Positions 62,001 through 64,000 of a stretch of DNA of 64,000 bases are shown piece after piece (positions within the stretch are counted from its first letter, which is position 1; every line of letters begins with the position of its first letter). A program made the position numbers and the translations under genes. This DNA comes from Zootoca vivipara. Taxonomy: Eukaryota. The stretch lies in NCBI RefSeq assembly GCF_963506605.1, contig NC_083280.1:82770001-82834000 (forward strand), written 5' to 3'. The notes beneath the pieces are model-generated. The model was not told the origin of the DNA and searched no databases. It saw nothing but the letters and a program-made list of their open reading frames with translations.

Positions 62001-62224
62001 CCCCCTTCCTTTTTGTTGCTTCTCTGTGTTTTGATTTCTTGGCCCTAGTGCAAATTCAGCCCCTAACCCCGGTAAACAAGCATGCTGATGGATTGGTGTG
62101 TGTTATCCTTCTTTTCACAGGGATTGTCCAGGGAGGCCCTCTCTCGATCATTTGCACTCAGATCATGACAACAGTTGATCAAGAACAGAACAAAGTCCTG
62201 TGGATTCCAGCCGGCCCTCTATAG
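5877..62224 (+). CDS. DLG5: DLG5 (discs large MAGUK scaffold protein 5), multi-exon CDS span; 5'-partial (CARD exon 1 not in window)
   Basis: 32 exons with AG/GT (one GC) boundaries join into one open frame of 5765 nt plus 1 nt from exon 1, ending [10 protein letters not shown]. Peptides such as [43 protein letters not shown] and [18 protein letters not shown] match DLG5 as I know it. Confidence 0.97.
6181..6428 (-). mobile_element. Sauria SINE fragment including the tRNA-derived head
   Basis: Reverse complement of the 5' part of the full copy at 51117. Confidence 0.85.
6990..7342. mobile_element. Tc1-family (IR/DR type) terminal fragment; left edge approximate
   Basis: Ends ...gggggttgaataattttgattgcaactg|TA; inner direct repeat gggggttgaataat at 7144. 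Confidence 0.65.
8090..8970 (+). mobile_element. RTE-clade LINE, degraded 3' RT/C-terminal fragment
   Basis: [23 protein letters not shown] and [15 protein letters not shown] motifs with frameshifts. Confidence 0.85.
10117..10359. mobile_element. Tc1/mariner (Tigger/pogo-like) MITE
   Basis: TA|cagtggtacctctacttacgaat ... attcgtaagtagagttaccactg|TA. Confidence 0.9.
10640..10808 (+). CDS. DLG5: DLG5 exon 3 ([10 protein letters not shown]...FDDCR)
   Basis: caacag|GTACA...GCAG|gtaaaa; 169 nt. Confidence 0.94.
10929..11037 (+). mobile_element. tRNA-derived SINE with CR1-like tail (Squam2/POM-like)
   Basis: ggctcagtc..gagcatgagacgcttaatctcagggttgtgggtt head followed by ggggttgaactagatga. Confidence 0.75.
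11258..11401 (+). CDS. DLG5: DLG5 exon 4 ([17 protein letters not shown]...ADFYH)
   Basis: tggtag|GCCT...TATCA|gtaagt; 144 nt. Confidence 0.95.
12255..12438 (+). CDS. DLG5: DLG5 exon 5 ([10 protein letters not shown]...SQQQQ)
   Basis: gaacag|TACA...CAG|gtagcc; 184 nt. Confidence 0.95.
12723..12872. mobile_element. Tc1/mariner MITE remnant
   Basis: TA|cagtgg ... gagggtccactg|TA. Confidence 0.65.
12972..13088. mobile_element. hAT terminal fragment, OposCharlie1 (OC1)-like
   Basis: CAGGGGTCCTCAAACTTTTTAAACAGGGG...TTCACTGTCCCTCAGAC...ATTCCTATGCACACTGCACAT resembles the OC1 terminus (from memory). Confidence 0.65.
14361..14448. repeat. (AAT)n microsatellite
   Basis: Directly visible. Confidence 0.95.
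14670..14915. mobile_element. Degraded Tc1/mariner MITE
   Basis: Imperfect TIRs agtcaaaacttgg ... ccgaggtttgacag|TA. Confidence 0.55.
15930..16100 (-). mobile_element. RTE LINE 3' end, preceded by a mariner-MITE terminus at 15887-15920
   Basis: Reverse complement of 18610-18730 (agggagaaacgtgc...tgtggatccagaa). Confidence 0.75.
16106..17020 (+). mobile_element. Possible solo LTR, interrupted by a MITE
   Basis: TGTAATAA...TTATAACA termini, flanks tcag/acag, AATAAA at ~16666/16674. Confidence 0.45.
16683..16965. mobile_element. Tc1/mariner MITE
   Basis: TA|ctgtggtgcctcgcaagac ... gtcttgcgaggtaccactg|TA; internally palindromic. Confidence 0.9.
17275..17320. repeat. (TA)n microsatellite
   Basis: Directly visible. 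Confidence 0.85.
17350..18735 (+). mobile_element. RTE-clade LINE, 5'-truncated, frameshifted RT
   Basis: [36 protein letters not shown] and LRWTGHV motifs. Confidence 0.9.
21494..21753 (+). CDS. DLG5: DLG5 exon 6 ([16 protein letters not shown]...SLRR)
   Basis: ttccag|GTG...GAAG|gtagaa; 260 nt. Confidence 0.95.
21965..22052. repeat. (CT)n(GT)n compound microsatellite
   Basis: Directly visible. Confidence 0.95.
22627..22939 (+). CDS. DLG5: DLG5 exon 7 ([10 protein letters not shown]...MEALRQ), coiled coil
   Basis: ctttag|GTTT...ACAG|gtgtgg; 313 nt. Confidence 0.95.
23368..23598 (+). CDS. DLG5: DLG5 extra coiled-coil exon '7b' ([16 protein letters not shown]...EYYQARQ)
   Basis: tttcag|GAG...CAG|gtagag; 231 nt, phase 0-0, open, heptad/ERD-rich like the flanking exons. 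Confidence 0.9.
24532..24773 (+). mobile_element. Sauria SINE (5'-truncated) with TSD acaacaaacaa
   Basis: Core gtcatgctggccacatgaccc; tail ccctttaccttt; TSD at 24521-24531 and 24774-24784. Confidence 0.92.
25325..25509 (+). CDS. DLG5: DLG5 exon 8 ([15 protein letters not shown]...ERESIR)
   Basis: aatcag|ATA...TACG|gtaaaa; 185 nt. Confidence 0.95.
25881..26612 (+). mobile_element. Squam2/POM-like tRNA SINE split by an L1 insertion
   Basis: Head tagctcagttggtagagcatgagact at 25881 resumes at 26482 and ends in a CR1-like tail attctatgactctat. Confidence 0.85.
25909..26481 (-). mobile_element. L1-clade LINE 3' fragment
   Basis: Minus translation [33 protein letters not shown]; 18-bp TSD ggtagagcatgaga(c/t)tct. 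Confidence 0.8.
26846..26971 (+). CDS. DLG5: DLG5 exon 9 ([16 protein letters not shown]...LKELK)
   Basis: ttgaag|GACT...CTGAA|gtgcgt; 126 nt. Confidence 0.94.
27343..27478. mobile_element. 136-bp hAT MITE (URR1-like palindromic family)
   Basis: TIR caggcatccccaaact/agtttggggatgcctg; 8-bp TSD aaatagag. Confidence 0.92.
27943..28075 (+). CDS. DLG5: DLG5 exon 10 ([15 protein letters not shown]...FEKDR)
   Basis: ccatag|AGAG...CAGG|gtaaga; 133 nt. Confidence 0.95.
28199..28424. mobile_element. Tc1/mariner MITE
   Basis: TA|cagtggtacctc ... gaggtaccactg|TA. Confidence 0.9.
28513..28640 (+). CDS. DLG5: DLG5 exon 11, PDZ1 ([15 protein letters not shown]...DGRLR)
   Basis: cattag|GAA...TAAG|gtaaag; 128 nt. 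Confidence 0.95.
29300..29897. mobile_element. 136-bp-family hAT MITE interrupted by a solo LTR
   Basis: TIRs caggcatccccaaact/agtttggggatgcctg; TSD ctttaaga. Confidence 0.9.
29345..29800. mobile_element. Solo LTR, itself carrying an L2-type 3' tail with (TAA)n at ~29641-29732
   Basis: TGTTGG...CTAACA termini; 5-bp TSD acaac. Confidence 0.75.
30974..31149 (+). CDS. DLG5: DLG5 exon 12, PDZ1 ([13 protein letters not shown]...AGHKD)
   Basis: aatcag|AGTG...AAAG|gtaatt; 176 nt. Confidence 0.95.
31307..31410 (+). CDS. DLG5: DLG5 exon 13, PDZ2 ([11 protein letters not shown]...GDRIIA)
   Basis: tttcag|ATAGT...GCC|gtaagt; 104 nt; not in the ORF track. Confidence 0.95.
31475..31729. mobile_element. 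Tc1/mariner MITE, CpG-rich
   Basis: TA|cacacaaacctcggttt ... aaacggaggtatgactg|TA. Confidence 0.75.
31765..32056 (+). mobile_element. Sauria SINE
   Basis: Core and ccttttaccttt tail. Confidence 0.9.
32873..32965 (+). CDS. DLG5: DLG5 exon 14, PDZ2 ([15 protein letters not shown]...SLMK)
   Basis: ttgcag|ATA...AAG|gtgagt; 93 nt. Confidence 0.95.
33178..34203 (+). CDS. DLG5: DLG5 exon 15, large Pro/Ser-rich linker ([13 protein letters not shown]...SGGTWPK...PNPPHQ)
   Basis: acctag|GTT...CAG|gtagat; 1026 nt; contains ORF 33280..34221. Confidence 0.95.
34637..35490. mobile_element. Tc1/mariner-type non-autonomous element with GC-rich multi-hairpin interior; right end not seen
   Basis: TA|cagtggtgcctcgctagacgaat left TIR (same class as 15887 and 16683), followed by consecutive inverted repeats. 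Confidence 0.65.
35492..36570 (+). mobile_element. L2-clade LINE RT fragment
   Basis: [54 protein letters not shown] and LNPDKTE motifs. Confidence 0.9.
36571..36918 (+). mobile_element. Penelope-like element terminal repeat fragment (interrupted ~36750-36872)
   Basis: tctgaagaagtgtgcatgcatacaaaagcttatacc...ttggtctctaaggtgctac and ttgactatggcagaccaacatggctacc, typical of reptile PLE termini. Confidence 0.7.
36657..36697 (+). ncRNA. Degenerate type I minimal hammerhead ribozyme motif (PLE-associated)
   Basis: GTAT-CTGAAGA-A-GTGTGC.AT.GCATAC-aAAA-GC-TT-ATAC; G12 replaced by A. Confidence 0.55.
37077..37215 (+). CDS. DLG5: DLG5 exon 16 ([19 protein letters not shown]...LSSG)
   Basis: ccacag|GTA...TCAG|gttagt; 139 nt; LSPELQEW motif. 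Confidence 0.9.
37369..37513 (+). CDS. DLG5: DLG5 exon 17 (TVPRNIAPC...MRNPVYT...HLHPS)
   Basis: ctatag|GTACG...CCAG|gtatgt; 145 nt. Confidence 0.92.
37598..38023 (+). mobile_element. L2-type LINE 3' end with (ATT)n tail
   Basis: [17 protein letters not shown]...[15 protein letters not shown], 3' UTR and microsatellite tail. Confidence 0.8.
38204..38325 (+). CDS. DLG5: DLG5 exon 18 ([13 protein letters not shown]...[11 protein letters not shown])
   Basis: ttgtag|TGCT...CTTG|gtaagt; 122 nt. Confidence 0.94.
38487..38968 (-). mobile_element. Chapaev (CMC superfamily) transposase fragment, degraded
   Basis: [73 protein letters not shown] and MMSDYCW motifs. Confidence 0.85.
39172..39612 (+). 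mobile_element. Chapaev element 3' part with terminus
   Basis: [19 protein letters not shown], then a C-terminus-like YKC*FLPE*, then ...aaaaatttttgttccccagTG terminus. Confidence 0.7.
39615..39884 (+). mobile_element. L2-type LINE 3' end
   Basis: [30 protein letters not shown]...EVFNV*, then 3' UTR. Confidence 0.8.
40097..40186 (+). CDS. DLG5: DLG5 exon 19 ([30 protein letters not shown])
   Basis: aagtag|GTTCT...AGGG|gtaatt; 90 nt. Confidence 0.94.
40735..41012 (-). mobile_element. Probable L1-type 3' end
   Basis: T-rich tail and cttccctcctcccctttgtgg motif resembling the 25909-26481 fragment. Confidence 0.45.
41197..41365 (+). CDS. DLG5: DLG5 exon 20 ([10 protein letters not shown]...QRRKDK)
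   Basis: atacag|GTTCA...GACAA|gtaagt; 169 nt. Confidence 0.94.
41768..41827. repeat. Exact 30-bp tandem duplication
   Basis: gaacagtccctcccagtccctcccaggact x2. Confidence 0.9.
41826..41910 (+). mobile_element. Penelope-like terminal fragment with intact hammerhead core (41826-41860)
   Basis: CTGAAGA-A-GTGTGC.AT.GCACAC-GAAA-GC-TC-ATACC, then aataaaaacttagttggtctttaaggtgctac. Confidence 0.7.
42419..44460 (-). mobile_element. CR1 LINE, 5'-truncated (~2 kb), degraded ORF2
   Basis: [52 protein letters not shown] and [15 protein letters not shown] motifs; ATTCTATG-type tail. Confidence 0.95.
45719..45796 (+). CDS. DLG5: Candidate DLG5 alternative cassette exon '20b' ([26 protein letters not shown])
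   Basis: ~60-nt polypyrimidine tract ending tttcag|A, donor GAG|gttggc; 78 nt, phase 2-2, open in the frame joining exons 20 and 21. Confidence 0.7.
46489..46651 (+). CDS. DLG5: DLG5 exon 21, PDZ3 ([23 protein letters not shown]...DQLLE)
   Basis: tcgaag|GCCT...GAG|gtaaag; 163 nt. Confidence 0.95.
47552..47687. mobile_element. 136-bp hAT MITE
   Basis: Same family as 27343; degenerate TSD ctttatta/ccttagta. Confidence 0.9.
47972..48105 (+). CDS. DLG5: DLG5 exon 22, PDZ3 ([16 protein letters not shown]...HSRSS)
   Basis: ccacag|TTT...CAAG|gtaaga; 134 nt. Confidence 0.95.
48869..49033 (+). CDS. DLG5: DLG5 exon 23 ([16 protein letters not shown]...RNSIR)
   Basis: ctttag|CTCT...TCAG|gtaacc; 165 nt. 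Confidence 0.93.
49241..49480 (+). mobile_element. Short solo LTR (240 bp, Copia-like size)
   Basis: TGTTAGG...CCCAATA termini, internal AATAAA, 5-bp TSD ggagt. Confidence 0.7.
49882..50065 (+). CDS. DLG5: DLG5 exon 24, PDZ4 ([13 protein letters not shown]...GDMILE)
   Basis: tgaaag|GAAT...GAG|gtaagc; 184 nt. Confidence 0.93.
50450..50598 (+). CDS. DLG5: DLG5 exon 25, PDZ4/SH3 start ([13 protein letters not shown]...GDGFYVR)
   Basis: ccccag|TAT...TCAG|gtatgt; 149 nt. Confidence 0.95.
51117..51468 (+). mobile_element. Sauria SINE, near full length
   Basis: tRNA-like head (ggcggttcaaatcc B box), core and (ACCTTT) tail. Confidence 0.93.
51733..51880 (-). mobile_element. tRNA-derived SINE with CR1-like tail
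   Basis: agaatcgtagaattg...tagtccaacccc (CR1 tail, reverse) and cacgctctaactatctgagcca (A box, reverse). Confidence 0.7.
52428..52563. mobile_element. 136-bp hAT MITE
   Basis: TIRs plus 8-bp TSD ccctggag. Confidence 0.92.
52590..53123 (+). mobile_element. L1-clade LINE 3' fragment with A-rich tail
   Basis: KYVQLFWE..., [13 protein letters not shown]...EWYKEV motifs; (AAAT)n tail. Confidence 0.7.
53152..53322 (+). CDS. DLG5: DLG5 exon 26, SH3 ([21 protein letters not shown]...GQIPSKYM)
   Basis: ttgcag|GGCA...ACAT|gtaatt; 171 nt; ALYD SH3 motif. Confidence 0.95.
53663..53859 (+). CDS. DLG5: DLG5 exon 27, HOOK region ([10 protein letters not shown]...SIPFLDD)
   Basis: ttgcag|GATG...GATG|gcaagt (GC donor); 197 nt. 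Confidence 0.92.
54438..54581 (+). CDS. DLG5: DLG5 exon 28, GUK ([14 protein letters not shown]...CRCPLE)
   Basis: ctccag|ATTCT...CTAG|gtaagt; 144 nt. Confidence 0.95.
55891..56018 (+). CDS. DLG5: DLG5 exon 29, GUK ([15 protein letters not shown]...EITEK)
   Basis: aaacag|AGGTG...AAG|gtgctt; 128 nt. Confidence 0.95.
56799..57727 (-). mobile_element. Rex1/Babar LINE 3' fragment
   Basis: [39 protein letters not shown] and DPTHPGH motifs; (TCTTA)n tail. Confidence 0.88.
57918..58306. mobile_element. hAT MITE, intact 389-bp copy
   Basis: TIR CAGTGCTAGAAACT/AGTTTCGAGCACTG; TSD tctcagag. Confidence 0.92.
58506..58615 (+). CDS. DLG5: DLG5 exon 30, GUK ([17 protein letters not shown]...AKQIK)
   Basis: tattag|GAC...ATCAA|gtaagt; 110 nt. 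Confidence 0.95.
58974..59198. mobile_element. Tc1/mariner MITE
   Basis: TA|cagaggtacctcagttta ... taaaccgaggtaccactg|TA. Confidence 0.88.
59794..59929. mobile_element. 136-bp hAT MITE
   Basis: TIR caggcatggccaaact/agtttggccatgcctg; TSD ctatatat. Confidence 0.92.
60256..60365 (+). CDS. DLG5: DLG5 exon 31, GUK ([15 protein letters not shown]...KYFTG)
   Basis: tgttag|AGAG...ACAG|gtttgt; 110 nt. Confidence 0.95.
62121..62224 (+). CDS. DLG5: DLG5 last coding exon ([33 protein letters not shown])
   Basis: tcacag|GGATT...CTA TAG; 104 nt to stop. Confidence 0.95.
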
Positions 62225-63215
62225 ACATATGCTGTGAAGTGACTGAAACTCTGCAACAGATTCATACATAAAACAGTTGCTTGCGGTGGGTGTTGTTTGG
62301 TCCACCCTTGGCTGCCTGTATGGTTGGTACAACTTGGAGGTCGTCGCGGACAACATCTGTGAGGCATTTGCGGAAGGCGGTAGGCCTTTCGCTGGCAGAA
62401 TTCTTGCACATTTGTTCCTATACAAATGAATGCATGAATGCAGAATTTCTTTTTCATAAGACTGTGATGCTGCAAAGAGAGAGAGAAAGAGAGAACCTTT
62501 AGGATACGTTTACAAAACCCTCCCCCCCCCCAATCCCAAGTATTTGGTGGTTCATGTTTACTTGAATTTTTTTTTTAAACAAACAACCTGTTCAGGTTCC
62601 CCTTCCCTGGTCACCCCCTGCTTATTTCTCCTCTGCTTCTGATACAAAGAAAACCAAACGAAACAGTGTCAAGTTCCTACTCAGCTGAGTGAGCATGACT
62701 TTTTCATGAAGTTCTGTCCTTCCATAACAGCTGTTCTACCTTCAAGAACAATCGGTCGTGTGGATTGTGAATGGGTTTTCTTATAGGTACCCATTTGGGG
62801 AGTAAATTCAGGGGGGAGAAGCACTCTTCCGATATATGGGTGAGGCCACTGTTTGTATCTCATAAACTCCTTTGTCTGTTAAAAAAAGTTATTGGCTTCT
62901 TTTATGCATGGGTTAATATTTAAATGTCATGGCGTATCTGATCAAACTGTGCTCATTGTGTATTCAGAATAATAATTTTGGGTTGCTGGGCCTACATTAA
63001 GCAGTAAATCATAAGGGTTAATAGCTGTGTCTAGAGACTGCTTTATTTTATCACATTTAGGTAGTCTATGTAATTGGAAGCTTACATTGCTCAAACTTTG
63101 TTCTTTTGGTGTGTAGTAGCCATAGGGATTTTTATTTAATTAGAATTTCAGTCTCTATTATAGGGATCTGACAACCTGTAGTGTGGTCCTGTAACTTGTT
63201 AGTTTTGCCACTGTC

Positions 63216-63221
63216 AATAAA
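63216..63221 (+). terminator. Proximal polyadenylation signal
   Basis: AATAAA followed by a GU/U-rich tract (gtagtgtgtgtctgttttgttttttg). Confidence 0.55.
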
Positions 63222-63846
63222 TGTAGTGTGTGTCTGTTTTGTTTTTTGTTTTTTGTTACAATATGTATCTTCTCACTGTACCAAATTCCATTCTATGTTT
63301 CTTTTTGCACTTCTGACTTCATTTCCCAACCGTGTGTTTATCTTTCTTTTCCTTCGTAAAGAATTGCATGTCATGTTTTGTAGGTAATGTAACTTTATTG
63401 TTCAAGTATCATTTAAGTAGGACTATATTTGTGATGACTGCTCCTAACATTTCATTATGTACATAGGTTTTCTTTCATCTGTTTTTTCCCCTTCCATTTT
63501 TTTTAGTTTTTGCTTTCTATTTGCATTAATTAAAAAAAAGGGATTCTTCTTGCACAGTTGTTCAAAGACAAAATTTGGTTGGAAATTTAAACCTCTGTTT
63601 TGCAGATACTATTTTATAATTCAAAATACAGGAGAGAAAGAGAGAGAGGAAAAAAATGTAGAAAGGCTATTGATAAATTCTTAGTTAAAATACTGTTTAT
63701 AAGTTGAGGGACAACATATATTTTTTTTAAAGAGGGAGGCCAGAGTTGGACTTCAACGGTACGATTGAAACAGACCGGTACTGTTGCAACATGGATTTTC
63801 TGAACTCAAAAAAGTCACTTTGTATGAAAACAAAAAAGTTGTGTTA

Positions 63847-63852
63847 AATAAA
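63847..63852 (+). terminator. Distal polyadenylation signal
   Basis: AATAAA with TGTA upstream and GT-rich sequence downstream. Confidence 0.6.
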
Positions 63853-64000
63853 GGTCAATTTCTATAACTTGACTTGTATGGGAGTGTTGCATAATTCCCT
63901 GTCTGACTCTGTTGTTCAATTTACTGCTATCAACCATACTATGAACACCAAGCAAAAGGTTACAGAATTAAAACAAATTCACAGACATTTGTAATGGTTA

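Larger units (their letters stand above)
62225..63870 (+). other. DLG5: DLG5 3' UTR (end approximate)
   Basis: Follows the stop codon; AU/U-rich and free of recognisable TEs; AATAAA at 63216 and 63847. Confidence 0.7.

Overview
Vertebrate genomic DNA, not prokaryotic. The repeat content (Sauria SINEs, tRNA/CR1-tailed SINEs, CR1, L2, RTE, Rex1, hAT and Tc1/mariner MITEs) points to a squamate, most likely a lacertid lizard. Almost the whole window is one + strand gene, DLG5 (discs large MAGUK scaffold protein 5: coiled coil, 4 PDZ, SH3, GUK). I traced 32 coding exons by hand from 5877 to the TAG at 62224. They total 5765 nt, every splice phase is consistent, and one intron is GC-AG. The CARD-encoding first exon lies upstream of the window, and the 3' UTR runs to about 63870. 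Exon numbers follow human DLG5 as I recall it. Most ORFs in the supplied track are intronic noise or transposon debris. I see no new multi-gene system. The best leads are: (i) a 77-aa coiled-coil exon absent from human DLG5 as I recall it; (ii) a candidate 26-aa Arg-rich cassette exon just before PDZ3, with PTBP/RBFOX-type context; (iii) candidate alternative first exons giving CARD-less isoforms; (iv) a ~600-bp chain of consecutive GC-rich hairpins, including a perfect 48-bp palindrome; (v) two Penelope-type hammerhead ribozyme remnants; (vi) a rearranged Chapaev transposon and other elements from horizontally transferred families; (vii) several nested insertions with intact target-site duplications.
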